DNA from: an uncultured virus (IMG/VR IMGVR_UViG_3300008266_011056)
Taxonomy: Duplodnaviria > Heunggongvirae > Uroviricota > Caudoviricetes
DNA length: 64,000 nt
Direction: 5' to 3' (one strand)
Virus record (IMG/VR): IMGVR_UViG_3300008266_011056
The translations under genes and the position numbers were made by a program. The notes beneath the pieces were generated by a model, which was given only the letters and a program-made list of their open reading frames with translations, did no database searches and was not told the DNA's origin. Every line of letters begins with the position of its first letter. Positions within the stretch are counted from its first letter, which is position 1. Positions 26,563 to 36,621 of this stretch are shown here, one piece after another.

Positions 26563-28356
26563 TTAACCTTCACATGCTAAACAAACATCACCTTCAGTTA
26601 ATGCTTTCAAATCTATTTCTTGTATAGCTTGTCTTTCTATCTTTTTAGCTACCTTATCTGCCTTACCAATTTTTTCTGAGCGGCAGTAGTATAATGTTTT
26701 TAACCCTTGCTTCCATGCTTGAAAATGTACTGCATGTAGGTATTTAACATTTACATCGGGTCTAAAGAATAAATTAATGGATTGCGCTTGGTCAATGTAA
26801 TGTTGTCTGTCAGCTGCGTGCTCCACGACCCATCTTTGGTCAATCTCCATAGACGTTTTGAATACATCTTTGGTCCAGTCGTCGATAATGTCCAGGTGCT
26901 GTACCGATCCATCGTTAGCAATGATACTTGACCAAATTTCATTATAGTCGAGTTTTGGATCATCATTACACCTATCCTTGATAATTTTATCTAGATATTT
27001 GTTTTTGTTTAAGAACGCCCCTGAGAGTGTATCCTGTCTATATGCATTTGCTCGATAAGGTTCAACGCTAGGTGAAGTGTTGCCCATGATGATAGAAGAG
27101 CTAGCATTGGGTGCAATAGCCATGAGATGGCTGAAGCGGAGACCAGTACCTGCAGCATCCGGCGCTTCCCCACGCTCATTACCAAGTTGTCGGTTTGCAT
27201 CATCTAGTCCTTCACGTATATACCTAAAGATTCGTCTATTTTGTCCAACTGCCATTGGACTTTCAAAAGCAATATTATTGCGTTGTAGATAAGCGTGGAA
27301 ACCGAGAGCACCAACCCCAATACTACGCTCACGGGATGCAGAATATTTTGCACGGGCGATTGCATCAGGAGCATTGTCAATAAAATACTGTAACACATTA
27401 TCAAGCATCTCAGCCGTGTCTCTGAGGAAAAGAGGGTCATTTTTCCATTCATCAAAATACTCCAAATTCACAGATGATAAACAGCATACAGCAGTACGTT
27501 CTTTATCTGTTGGTAAAATAATTTCTGAACAAAGGTTAGATTGCTTAATACTTAGCCCTAACTTCTTCTGAAACTCAGGCATCTTATTATTACTAGTATC
27601 GATAAAATGCAGATACGGTTCACCGGTTTGCATTCTTACTTCTAAAATTCTTTGCCAGAGCTCTCTTGCCGAAACTACTTCTTTTACTTCACCGTTATGT
27701 GGGTCAACAAGTTGCCAAGAATCATCTGCTTCTTTATCCTGCATACATCTTTCGATTAATTCCATAAAAGAATCAGGGATGTTAATACCGTGATGAAGAT
27801 TTAGCGCACGCATATTAGGGTCACCCGTTGGCTTACGCATATCTAAGAACAAGAGAATATCAGGGTGAGAAATGTCAAGATAAGCAGCGTAAGAACCCCT
27901 CCTTGTACGACCTTGTCTATATGCCAGTGAAGATGCATCGTAAGTACGTAAGTGAGGCATAATGCCAACGGACTTATCATCAGCAGAGCGAATACCCAAT
28001 CCAATACCTACCCCTCCCCCTAGCATTGAAAGCCAATTGACTTCTGACAATGTGCTGACCAAGCCTTCCGCGCTGTCGTCCAAATAGGGTAAGAAGCAAC
28101 TAATAGGCAAACCACGACTACTACGGCCGAAAGAAAGAATAGGAGTAGAGTAGCTAAGCCAGTGCTTAGAACTATACTCATAAAGGCGCTGAGCGTGTTC
28201 TTGATTACTACCAAAAGCTTTTGAAACATATGCGAATCTTTCCTGTGGTGATTTTTCGTCTTCTCGCATGTAAGACTCTTGCAATCTTTTAACACCTAAT
28301 TCATCGAATAAATTATCGCGAGAATAGTCTATCTCTATACCTAAAAACTGGGCCAT
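26563..28356 (-). CDS. nrdA: Class I ribonucleotide reductase alpha subunit (short, no obvious ATP cone)
   Basis: ISCF, SNLCSE, APNASS, KTLYY, C-terminal CLAC. Confidence 0.97.
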   Translation of the reverse strand: MAQFLGIEIDYSRDNLFDELGVKRLQESYMREDEKSPQERFAYVSKAFGSNQEHAQRLYEYSSKHWLSYSTPILSFGRSSRGLPISCFLPYLDDSAEGLVSTLSEVNWLSMLGGGVGIGLGIRSADDKSVGIMPHLRTYDASSLAYRQGRTRRGSYAAYLDISHPDILLFLDMRKPTGDPNMRALNLHHGINIPDSFMELIERCMQDKEADDSWQLVDPHNGEVKEVVSARELWQRILEVRMQTGEPYLHFIDTSNNKMPEFQKKLGLSIKQSNLCSEIILPTDKERTAVCCLSSVNLEYFDEWKNDPLFLRDTAEMLDNVLQYFIDNAPDAIARAKYSASRERSIGVGALGFHAYLQRNNIAFESPMAVGQNRRIFRYIREGLDDANRQLGNERGEAPDAAGTGLRFSHLMAIAPNASSSIIMGNTSPSVEPYRANAYRQDTLSGAFLNKNKYLDKIIKDRCNDDPKLDYNEIWSSIIANDGSVQHLDIIDDWTKDVFKTSMEIDQRWVVEHAADRQHYIDQAQSINLFFRPDVNVKYLHAVHFQAWKQGLKTLYYCRSEKIGKADKVAKKIERQAIQEIDLKALTEGDVCLACEG

Positions 28357-28373
28357 ATTTTACCTAATTGTTA

Positions 28374-28640
28374 TTATTTTACTTCGTCGTATATCTTCTT
28401 TTGTTCAGTATACCATTCGTTCCAAAGTTCTACTTTGAGTTTACATTCCTGGTATGTTCCATAATTTTGTGCAATGATAGAAATAGCATCTGATAGTTTT
28501 GTTGTTTCAGGTGGTATTTCTTTAAGTTCAGGGCATGACGCCTTCAATGATTGTGGTGCTTCGGGAAATTTTGGTTTAACTGGAACCGGTTGTGTTGCGC
28601 ACCCGGTCAATAAAATAGCAGATAATAGAAGCAATCTCAT
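28374..28640 (-). CDS. Outer-membrane spanin lipoprotein (Rz1-like)
   Basis: Lipobox LLTGC, Pro-rich, Cys pair; coupled to the upstream Rz-like gene. Confidence 0.8.
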   Translation of the reverse strand: MRLLLLSAILLTGCATQPVPVKPKFPEAPQSLKASCPELKEIPPETTKLSDAISIIAQNYGTYQECKLKVELWNEWYTEQKKIYDEVK

Positions 28641-29083
28641 TTCTGCCCTCCTGCTGGAACACTGTTTCTTGCTGCAGCGTTAATTAATGAAACGGCTTCC
28701 GGTGTTAGTTCACACTTTGAATCAATAACTTTAGATACTTCTTTGATCTTTTCTTGAACTACCACCTGTACGTCCTTTACAACTTTAACTTTATCGACAA
28801 ATTTATATTCAATTTTACTATTAGCGTTATTAGCTTTTTCTTCAGCTAGTGCTACTTTTGCTTCCATTTCTTTTACCAATGCCTGCCATTTCTCTTCATT
28901 ACTTATAGCCCCTTCCATATAGATACCGGCAACTAATAAAAGTATTGAGAAAATTTGAATCGGTAGTTTGTATTTATTAATGAACGGAATAAACCCAAGA
29001 GCAAAACCTACTACTAAACCAATAACACCTGCTAGGGTTATTAAATGAAAAACCCAGAAAGGAAGAAAATTAAGAATCCACAT
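28637..29083 (-). CDS. Inner-membrane spanin (Rz-like)
   Basis: N-terminal TMs, coiled coil, C..P..N.AA tail. Confidence 0.7.
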   Translation of the reverse strand: MWILNFLPFWVFHLITLAGVIGLVVGFALGFIPFINKYKLPIQIFSILLLVAGIYMEGAISNEEKWQALVKEMEAKVALAEEKANNANSKIEYKFVDKVKVVKDVQVVVQEKIKEVSKVIDSKCELTPEAVSLINAAARNSVPAGGQK

Positions 29084-29741
29084 TACCTTCTACCATTTCG
29101 CTAGCCATTGGAAATATTTTAGCAATGACTTCTGCACATTTTCTAGCGATTAAAATATGCTCTTTTTGAGTGCCATTTGCTGCTCTTAATTGTATATAGT
29201 GTATCCAAGACCTCAATGTTCCATTCATGTATAGTTTCGAGATAGTGAGTCCTTCTGGGAGAACTACCCGAGCCTGTTCTTTTGCTAAACCATTTTTAAT
29301 AGCCCACTCATAAGCTTGTCTAGCTCTCAATATAACAGATGCTTGTTCCTCTTCCCACCTCTCTTGTATATATTCATCCTCTATCTCAATACTATTTTGA
29401 CGATTTTTTTCATCTTGAAGTCTCGCCTCACGGAATACAAAATCTAATTCCTCTGTAGGATTAGCATAACGCTGGCTAAATTCTTGAAATGAAAAACTTC
29501 TATGTCTAAGCATCTGCCTTGCGATATCTCTTGTAGTAGTAATCTCAAGACATACTGAAACCATTTCTAAAGGAGACCAATGCTTATGTTTAATAAGATA
29601 CTTAATAAGCTTTTCAGATGTTTGACTATTCATCTGATTAGACGGGTTAGACACTCTTGCACAAAAAGCTATCAGCTCAGTTGTGTTCTCCACAAAATAC
29701 ATATCAGGTTGAGAATAAGAAATTAATTCAACGTTGCTCAC
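29070..29741 (-). CDS. thyX: Flavin-dependent thymidylate synthase
   Basis: HWSPLE, RQMLRHRSFSFQEFSQRY, KEQAR.VLP, LRSW.HY..LR; probable GTG start. Confidence 0.95.
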   Translation of the reverse strand: MSNVELISYSQPDMYFVENTTELIAFCARVSNPSNQMNSQTSEKLIKYLIKHKHWSPLEMVSVCLEITTTRDIARQMLRHRSFSFQEFSQRYANPTEELDFVFREARLQDEKNRQNSIEIEDEYIQERWEEEQASVILRARQAYEWAIKNGLAKEQARVVLPEGLTISKLYMNGTLRSWIHYIQLRAANGTQKEHILIARKCAEVIAKIFPMASEMVEGNVDS

Positions 29742-29745
29742 TTCC

Positions 29746-29865
29746 TCAATCACATCTACCTCCAAGTTGTAATATTAAATCTTTCATCAAAGCTTTTGCA
29801 GTAGAATTACCAGGTATCCATACATAAATCTTTTTAAGAGATCTAATCAATTCATTCTGATCCAT
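29746..29865 (-). CDS. Small hypothetical protein, 39 aa, absent from the ORF track
   Basis: MDQNELIRSLKKIYVWIPGNSTAKALMKDLILQLGGRCD* fills the primase-thyX gap exactly. Confidence 0.55.
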   Translation of the reverse strand: MDQNELIRSLKKIYVWIPGNSTAKALMKDLILQLGGRCD

Positions 29866-30876
29866 CTAACACCGCTTCCATGACATAAGTTTTGCTTTTG
29901 CTGTCAAACCTTCAAATGTATTACTATTAATAATTTTAACGGGGTCTATACCACCAAGAACCATCTCATTAATATCTTTATACTGGAGTGTTTGTGGCCA
30001 TACTACTACTTTATAATTATTAGTTATAGCCTTGTCAATTAACTTGCATATTTCAGTATTACGAGGTTGATTATCAAAGATTAATACTAATTTTTCTTTA
30101 GGTAAATTAATCTTCCCTACTGTTTTAAGATCAGAACTACCTATAGCTATGCTATTAGGTAAAAAAAGACTATCAATAGGACCTTCTACTACGTAGACTG
30201 TTTTTTCTTTATCGACTGAGTCGAATCCGAATATGAGCGGTACTTCTTCTTTGACTTTGATGGTAACATAGCGTAGAGCTTCCCCTCTGAGTGCTCTACA
30301 GGTAACTCCAGATAATTGGCCGTGTTCGTCATAAAACGGTAGTACCAGTCTGGGTTCTTGTCCTTTGATGCTAGCTTTATACTTATCATTTAACTGAACA
30401 ATATTTGCAATGTTGTCTATAAAATATAATTGTTTAAATTTTTCTTTTGGTATATTTCTCTTTATACAATACTGCACTGCTTCATTAGTGTCATCTAACT
30501 TGTCTAACCTGTCAAGGATTTTATCTAGTAATGCTTCTTCTGCTTCAACAAATTTAGGTTCTTCAAAGGTAAACTGTAACCTTACATTTGAATTTACATG
30601 CCCTTCACTATATCTTTCCAAAGCATACTCGGAATGTATAAGAGTATCTACTCCTTTTAAAAATGTACCAAACTGCATAGATGCACCACAGTTGTAGCAT
30701 TTATACATTAAGTCAGTCTTAAAGGCAAAGAAGTAGCCTCTCGCTTTATTTTTCTTCTTGGCTGAATCACCGCAAAGAATACAGCGACAATTATAAACCT
30801 GATCCTTTTTCTTTTTGAACAAAGGAAGACGGTTACTAATTAACAGTAGATATTTTTGGTCGAGAAAAACCGACAT
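29866..30876 (-). CDS. gp61: DNA primase
   Basis: CILCGDS..CYNC zinc finger; VEGPIDSLF; FDNQPRN; KDINEM. Confidence 0.95.
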   Translation of the reverse strand: MSVFLDQKYLLLISNRLPLFKKKKDQVYNCRCILCGDSAKKKNKARGYFFAFKTDLMYKCYNCGASMQFGTFLKGVDTLIHSEYALERYSEGHVNSNVRLQFTFEEPKFVEAEEALLDKILDRLDKLDDTNEAVQYCIKRNIPKEKFKQLYFIDNIANIVQLNDKYKASIKGQEPRLVLPFYDEHGQLSGVTCRALRGEALRYVTIKVKEEVPLIFGFDSVDKEKTVYVVEGPIDSLFLPNSIAIGSSDLKTVGKINLPKEKLVLIFDNQPRNTEICKLIDKAITNNYKVVVWPQTLQYKDINEMVLGGIDPVKIINSNTFEGLTAKAKLMSWKRC

Positions 30877-30898
30877 AATTAAGCCTCCTAGAGACTCA

Positions 30899-30927
30899 AT
30901 TATAAGTTATCACTTAAACATAATCAA
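30899..30927 (-). promoter_or_regulatory. Sigma70-like promoter for the primase-thyX-nrd operon
   Basis: TTGATT-N17-TATAAT. Confidence 0.7.
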
Positions 30928-30936
30928 TTAAAAAGG

Positions 30937-31296
30937 TTAGAATAAACTATCTAACTTTACATGCGCAAGTACATAACCAACTACAACTGCACCACCCATA
31001 ATCATCCAACGCCATTTTTCAATAGATTGAATTTTTTCAGATAATGCTTGATGTTGTAATGTACTATTAAGAGCCTGTTTGTCTAGTTTGTCGACAAGCA
31101 GGGTATGCTTTGCGTCAATATTAGCGTGAATATCATCACGTAAGTCACTTATTCTATGATGAAGCGTAGAATAATTTGCATCAATTTTTACTTCTAGTTT
31201 TAAAACGTCAGCCGAAATATCCTCTACTTGGCTTTCAAGGACAGAAATTCTAGAGGCAGTATCCTCGGGTCTTGTTCTTGCCATTTCAGTTGCCAT
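30937..31296 (-). CDS. Coiled-coil protein with C-terminal TM
   Basis: Heptad pattern followed by EKWRWMIMGGAVVVG. Confidence 0.65.
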   Translation of the reverse strand: MATEMARTRPEDTASRISVLESQVEDISADVLKLEVKIDANYSTLHHRISDLRDDIHANIDAKHTLLVDKLDKQALNSTLQHQALSEKIQSIEKWRWMIMGGAVVVGYVLAHVKLDSLF

Positions 31297-31487
31297 TACT
31301 TCTTCTTAGACTGACGGGGTTTTTTTGACTTAGCTGGCTTCTCAACTTGAGTAACCGCGTCTGTAATTTGAGAATTTACTTCTACTTTAATTTCTTCTGG
31401 TGGCGAAGGTAACGGAACCGGCTCAACGGCCGGTTCTACTATTTCCTTCTTTTTACCCTTAAATAGGTTTAAAAGGAATTGAAACAT
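31296..31487 (-). CDS. Hypothetical protein
   Basis: ORF coupled to neighbours. Confidence 0.55.
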   Translation of the reverse strand: MFQFLLNLFKGKKKEIVEPAVEPVPLPSPPEEIKVEVNSQITDAVTQVEKPAKSKKPRQSKKK

Positions 31488-32007
31488 TGTCTAGTCTCTT
31501 TCTTCTAATTAATTTAGGTTTCTTTTTTACACCTAGAGTTTCTGGGGTAAATCCCGCAATACCTGGGGTAGCGGCTGCATTGTTTGCAGGAGCATCTTCC
31601 AAAAACTGTTTAAAGGTTTTAGTATTATTTTTACTAAAAAACTGCTCGCAAATCATGATTTCGTCTACATGATTAATATTTATTCTATTTAGAAACTGTG
31701 TCTCTAAATCTATAGGCTCTTGAGTACTATTATAATTTTCTTTTATTAAAGCCAACGCTGCAGCAAAAGTAGCTATCTTCTTAGACTCAACAGGAACCTT
31801 TTCTATAATTCTTTTAATTCTAAAAATCATTCTATGTAGTATTGAATACGAATCCCTTTCTTGGACAGTATTCAATTGACTCATTTTTTTAAGCTCTTTA
31901 CCCTTGGCATCAATAATACCAAGTGAGTAGGCATCCGTTTCTTCAAACGGAGTTACTAACATTTTTAAAATTCTATAAGCAATAACTGAATCTACAAAGC
32001 GTCCCAT
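31459..32007 (-). CDS. Conserved T4-like hypothetical protein
   Basis: YRILKMLVTPF...AY.LGIID..G..ALALIKE. Confidence 0.7.
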   Translation of the reverse strand: MGRFVDSVIAYRILKMLVTPFEETDAYSLGIIDAKGKELKKMSQLNTVQERDSYSILHRMIFRIKRIIEKVPVESKKIATFAAALALIKENYNSTQEPIDLETQFLNRININHVDEIMICEQFFSKNNTKTFKQFLEDAPANNAAATPGIAGFTPETLGVKKKPKLIRRKRLDNVSIPFKPI

Positions 32008-32397
32008 TTATATTTTACCTAACGCATTAGCAACTTTATCGTCTAGTGGTATTTCGTAACCCTGCATTTCTACTTCAGAAGATCTAGCTGTAAAACCTAC
32101 CGGCATATAACTTAAAAATACTAGGAAAGTTTTTAACTGCGACCAGTGTTTTACATCAATTTTAAAAAATAACATTTTTACTGTTGATGCGCCAAACAAA
32201 TTATATAATACTACTATATGATTTAAAATAAGTCTTTCCTTTAAACCGGAACCGGCCTTATATTTTTTAAATAGTCTTTTTAGATATCTAAATCTTTTTA
32301 AATCATCATTAAATTCAGCTATTCCACTACATGATGGATTATCATAATGTTTCATAGCGTACAATACAAAATTATCTTCGGTCAATTCAAAACTCAT
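32008..32397 (-). CDS. Conserved T4-like hypothetical protein
   Basis: NF.LYAMKHYDNP.C..EF..DLKRF.Y.KRL..ERLILNH. Confidence 0.75.
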   Translation of the reverse strand: MSFELTEDNFVLYAMKHYDNPSCSGIAEFNDDLKRFRYLKRLFKKYKAGSGLKERLILNHIVVLYNLFGASTVKMLFFKIDVKHWSQLKTFLVFLSYMPVGFTARSSEVEMQGYEIPLDDKVANALGKI

Positions 32398-32398
32398 A

Positions 32399-32839
32399 TT
32401 AGATTAATTGAGCAGTTCCCCCAATCATATACCACTTGTCGCTGGTATATAAAAGTGTAGCTGTGTTTCCTGCAGAAGTAAATAATACATTTGCATTACC
32501 AGCAATATTTCCCCTTAATGTGTACGAACCACCTGAAGTACTACCCATTACGAGTATCTTCAAGGCATTTGGTGTTCCATTAGGGATAGTAACATTACCT
32601 CCAGATGCATCTGATGTCAAGACTGTAACAACATTACCTAAATCTATACTACCAGTAGATTCTAGTGCTTGTGAGCTAGAACCTAAATTAACATTACCTT
32701 TAAGGTTAACATTATTAGCGTTTGCGAATAATGTAGAGATAGGTAATCTTTTACTAGTATTGCTTTGTACCAGATATAAGAGGTCGCTGCCACCTACGGT
32801 GGTGGCAGCTGTTAGTTCACTAACTTTTGAATCAGCCAT
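32399..32839 (-). CDS. Probable virion structural / fibre protein
   Basis: MADSKVSELT start; beta-rich, Gly/Ser/Thr-rich. Confidence 0.55.
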   Translation of the reverse strand: MADSKVSELTAATTVGGSDLLYLVQSNTSKRLPISTLFANANNVNLKGNVNLGSSSQALESTGSIDLGNVVTVLTSDASGGNVTIPNGTPNALKILVMGSTSGGSYTLRGNIAGNANVLFTSAGNTATLLYTSDKWYMIGGTAQLI

Positions 32840-32841
32840 TA

Positions 32842-33348
32842 TTAACTATCTGGTAGTACGGTGTCATCAGCAGCATCAGTTTGTAGATGCCCGGTAACAT
32901 TTGCATTAAAGTTTTTAGACATAGCTACTAAGACTTCTGACTTACGCCTATAACTACCATTGGCATCTGTATAATCCGTAAAATGGATCCACCCGGTATG
33001 TGATGCGTTTGCTGCTGCATTAGCAACACCAATTTCAGTTCTATCTACACCGTAAACTCTCTGAATTGTATAAACATTTTCAGAAACAGCAACATTACTA
33101 ATGTACTTTGGGCCCTGTTGAATATAAGCAGTAGCCCCTGATACAGCCTTACCATTACTTGTAAGCTCTAATGATGTATCAGATGCAATAGTTGCAACTT
33201 GATACTTTGAACCTGTAATTGTAAGATAGTCACCCTCTTTAATGTTTGATGTAAATGCTGTACCCGAACCATTAACACGGGTGTTTCCAGCATATGCAGT
33301 AACGGTACCTGTCGCAGCAACGTTATCTAAATTGCCCCATGAAGACAT
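32842..33348 (-). CDS. Probable virion structural protein
   Basis: MSSWG.., V.GSGT.FT, H.GW..R.KSE.LVAM. Confidence 0.55.
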   Translation of the reverse strand: MSSWGNLDNVAATGTVTAYAGNTRVNGSGTAFTSNIKEGDYLTITGSKYQVATIASDTSLELTSNGKAVSGATAYIQQGPKYISNVAVSENVYTIQRVYGVDRTEIGVANAAANASHTGWIHFTDYTDANGSYRRKSEVLVAMSKNFNANVTGHLQTDAADDTVLPDS

Positions 33349-33358
33349 TTAATTCTCC

Positions 33359-34051
33359 TTATTCGTCGTCTCTTTTACCTTTGGCGCCCATGTTTTCGAC
33401 TTTTCGCGAAGTTCCATGATGAATATACTTTCTACGAATACCAGTTTCCTTATCGGTCACTACATATTCGGCATGGAGCTTACCATCCTTTGTCATATAT
33501 TTAGGCTCAGAGACTTGGTGACCTGCAGCTTTGTGAGTTGCAACTTTTGACATAATATCGCTTCTGGTCACTTGTTCAACAAACAAATTAGTGTCTTGCT
33601 TATTGAAAGCATAGTTAGCTAACTCAATAGCTTGATCTTCACCTACAATTTCTTTAGCTGCTAATAAGTAGTCACCAAACATATATGACTCTTTAATATC
33701 TACCACGATTGGTGTAGCTAAAAGAATCTCATCTGCATCATCCATCACATCTACATCTTCTTTAGCTAAGAATTTCTTCGAGCGCGCTTCATGCATACGC
33801 TTTTTCTTTTTATCCTCTTTTTCATCATCCATATCGTTCTCATCTTCCATCTCATCTTCTTTTTCTTTCATCTTTTCTTCAGCAACTTTTTTACCTTTGC
33901 GAAGCATCTCAAAATCTTTAGCTGTAATTTTATCCTTCTCAGGCTCATGAACATCAATCTTCTGCTGATTAGGATGTAATGGTTTTTTTGCTTCTAGAAT
34001 TTCTCTAGCTGCATCCTGAAGACTTTTTGAAATTGATCTTAAATCGTACAT
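33359..34051 (-). CDS. Hypothetical charged protein, possible internal head protein
   Basis: Glu/Lys-rich with several hydrophobic-x-E sites. Confidence 0.55.
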   Translation of the reverse strand: MYDLRSISKSLQDAAREILEAKKPLHPNQQKIDVHEPEKDKITAKDFEMLRKGKKVAEEKMKEKEDEMEDENDMDDEKEDKKKKRMHEARSKKFLAKEDVDVMDDADEILLATPIVVDIKESYMFGDYLLAAKEIVGEDQAIELANYAFNKQDTNLFVEQVTRSDIMSKVATHKAAGHQVSEPKYMTKDGKLHAEYVVTDKETGIRRKYIHHGTSRKVENMGAKGKRDDE

Positions 34052-34062
34052 TGTTATTCCTC

Positions 34063-34605
34063 TTAATCTAATTTTGAAACTGGGGTAGAAGACCAGTACT
34101 TACATGACCAATATCTTGCTTTCCATTTTGGACCAGGATCGCTGCAATTATGTCTGGCTCTAAAACTTTTTCTTCTTTCAGGATCATCTCTTTTAATAGA
34201 AAGATTAGGATCCCCAAAGCTTACTTTTACTGTGTTACCTTTGTCATTCTTAACGTAAACTGCTCTCTTTTTTGGACCACCTGGTGTAAGAAACGGCTTG
34301 TTAAGCTTCTTACCCTCATTATCCTCTTCGGATAACTCTCCCCAGTCCTCATAAAGATCATTTCCATCTGATGTAAATACATCTTCAACTATACCATCAT
34401 CCTCACCACAAAAATAAGTATTGTAGATAATTGACTCTTTCATAGCAGCCATGTTATCTACTAAATTTGGATATGGTCTACCTGCAGCTTTGGCACGACG
34501 TTTAGCTTCTGCTTTCTGAGCTGGTGTCATTTTACCACCCTTACCCCTATTAGGATTAGGCTGATCCCAAACTGCTTCGCTCTGTAAATATTCTTTAAAT
34601 TTCAT
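34063..34605 (-). CDS. Probable internal virion protein
   Basis: N-terminal MKFKEYLQSE; C-terminal RRKSFRARHNC..ARYWSC domain. Confidence 0.6.
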   Translation of the reverse strand: MKFKEYLQSEAVWDQPNPNRGKGGKMTPAQKAEAKRRAKAAGRPYPNLVDNMAAMKESIIYNTYFCGEDDGIVEDVFTSDGNDLYEDWGELSEEDNEGKKLNKPFLTPGGPKKRAVYVKNDKGNTVKVSFGDPNLSIKRDDPERRKSFRARHNCSDPGPKWKARYWSCKYWSSTPVSKLD

Positions 34606-35222
34606 TGTGTGAATGACTTTAATGTTTCTTCTGCTTTATTAAGGCCCCAATGTTTAGCTTTCCAATCATTTTGAGCCATGCCCTGTAAGTACTGCCATTG
34701 GTCTTTATTATTAATTAGATACTTAGCAAAATCTAACCAATCAGTACTTAATATTTTATTCTCAAAATATAATTTTGCTTCTTGAGCTAGCTGATAAGAA
34801 GGATAGTCATTTTCAAAATGCATTACCTCAATAGCTTCATTCTCAGTATAATACTCTAATGCAAAATCTATACCCCACTTGGGCTTAAGCATTAAGTATT
34901 TATTAAGCTCGCGAAACCTGTGAACATGATTTAAAAGTTGACATCTTGCTTCACCTTGAAATTCCCATCTATGTAGAATTAAAGCATGATCAACTTTTAA
35001 ACCATCACTACCACCTTCAAACCATACTTTTTGATCGCATGTATGATTAAGGCAGGAATTCATGTTAATGTTATTTTCTCTATAGTATTCTTGCTCAAGG
35101 TATGATAACTCAAAACCATCATTATCAAAATATCTAATATACTGCTCATTTATTACATCGTTACTTACTCGATTACATAAATGTAAAAAAGGCCTCAAGT
35201 TACTATCTGTAACTGTAAACAT
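34602..35222 (-). CDS. Hypothetical protein
   Basis: 206 aa; FDNDGFEL..LE and PKWGIDF motifs. Confidence 0.65.
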   Translation of the reverse strand: MFTVTDSNLRPFLHLCNRVSNDVINEQYIRYFDNDGFELSYLEQEYYRENNINMNSCLNHTCDQKVWFEGGSDGLKVDHALILHRWEFQGEARCQLLNHVHRFRELNKYLMLKPKWGIDFALEYYTENEAIEVMHFENDYPSYQLAQEAKLYFENKILSTDWLDFAKYLINNKDQWQYLQGMAQNDWKAKHWGLNKAEETLKSFTQ

Positions 35223-35224
35223 TA

Positions 35225-35647
35225 TTACTCAGTTCTGTCTTGATTATCGATAGGACCGTTAGTTAACCATACACTACAGGATCTTGTACCTGCGCATTTA
35301 AAATGTAATATATTACAATAACCTAGATCGGCTTTTTCTGCAGTTGCCATCGTATCTGCCGCATCTTCCTTACCTTTCATACCTACTTCTATACATCTTC
35401 TCATTTTGTCTGAGATATCAAATGCAGCGCAATTTTCACACTTCATAGACATAGCAGTTTTTTCATCTATGCCCCAAATTTTAGCGGCTTTTTTCCAATA
35501 GTCACCTGGTACGTCTGGATTAGCAGGCCCATAATGATATTCATCTATAGCATGTTGTCTATTAGCAACATTCACATCTAAGTTTTGAGTTGCTACAGGA
35601 CAACTTTCTTCAAACAGTTCCTGTCTTAAATGTTTAAACTGTTTCAC
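35225..35647 (-). CDS. Cys-rich protein with capsid-targeting-like N-terminus
   Basis: MKQFKHLRQELFEE; CENC..GYC..FKC..C..W. Confidence 0.6.
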   Translation of the reverse strand: MKQFKHLRQELFEESCPVATQNLDVNVANRQHAIDEYHYGPANPDVPGDYWKKAAKIWGIDEKTAMSMKCENCAAFDISDKMRRCIEVGMKGKEDAADTMATAEKADLGYCNILHFKCAGTRSCSVWLTNGPIDNQDRTE

Positions 35648-36621
35648 TTTTTTGACCTGTAGTGAGCTAATCTTTTTTGTTCAATAGAACGAATCTTTGG
35701 CATCATTTTTAATACTAGATTATTTTGGAAGGTCTTCATTCTCTTCACTTGCTGCTCAACTCTAGACTTTTCAGAAGCTGATAATTGTGATTTATCTCTT
35801 CCACGTAAAAGACGCTTGTACAAAGCTCTACGGGCGGCTAAGATCGCTCTTTTCTTTAAGGTTTCAGAAGTAGAGGCACGACGCAATTTCATACGTAACG
35901 CTACACCTCTTTTGCCTTTGGTTCTAGAAAAAGCTTGTCTCTTTTTCATGCGAGCTTGAGCGGAGAGAGCTTCTTCTATTTCTTCTTTATCATCTTCAAC
36001 AAGCTCATCATCTTCGTAATAATCTACAATATCTTCCCATGTAAGATCATTTACCATTTTATCTAAGTCATCTTCGGTTAAATTATCTTCCTCATCTGAT
36101 TCAGTTTCTTCAGTATTAAGTTTTGACATACGCTCTAAATGAGCTTCATGATCTTTTTTCTGCTTTGCTTCAAAATCTTCACGGGCTTTTTTATTCTTAG
36201 CAATAACGTCTAATAATCTTTTGGCTCCTGCATCTGGATCATAACCTGACTTTTTAAGACCTTGTTTAAACTTTTCATGCGCAGACATTGGCATTTTTAC
36301 AGCTTCTTCTACCTCACCAACATCCGAAGCTGGTACATGCGCGTAGGGTAAATCAGCTAATACCGGGTCATCGTGAATAGCTAATTTTCGCATTTCTTCA
36401 ACATGTACTTTCATGTAGTCTTCATGTTGATTAAGTACACCCAATGCCTCTAAAGCATCATGGGCAGCAGACATATGATAGGTAAAATCATGTATCATAT
36501 GAGGGGTAGCTTTACCTAACTCTTTTGCTTTTTTTTCAATAAACAAGTAGTTGTCAGTAGCCTGCATGGCGTTTTTTAGCAACTCATGCTGCTTATTTAA
36601 TTCTGGATTTTCTAATTTCAT
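35644..36621 (-). CDS. Hypothetical protein, probable internal head protein
   Basis: Acidic middle, very basic C-terminus after EEALS; ATGA coupling to dps. Confidence 0.6.
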   Translation of the reverse strand: MKLENPELNKQHELLKNAMQATDNYLFIEKKAKELGKATPHMIHDFTYHMSAAHDALEALGVLNQHEDYMKVHVEEMRKLAIHDDPVLADLPYAHVPASDVGEVEEAVKMPMSAHEKFKQGLKKSGYDPDAGAKRLLDVIAKNKKAREDFEAKQKKDHEAHLERMSKLNTEETESDEEDNLTEDDLDKMVNDLTWEDIVDYYEDDELVEDDKEEIEEALSAQARMKKRQAFSRTKGKRGVALRMKLRRASTSETLKKRAILAARRALYKRLLRGRDKSQLSASEKSRVEQQVKRMKTFQNNLVLKMMPKIRSIEQKRLAHYRSKK

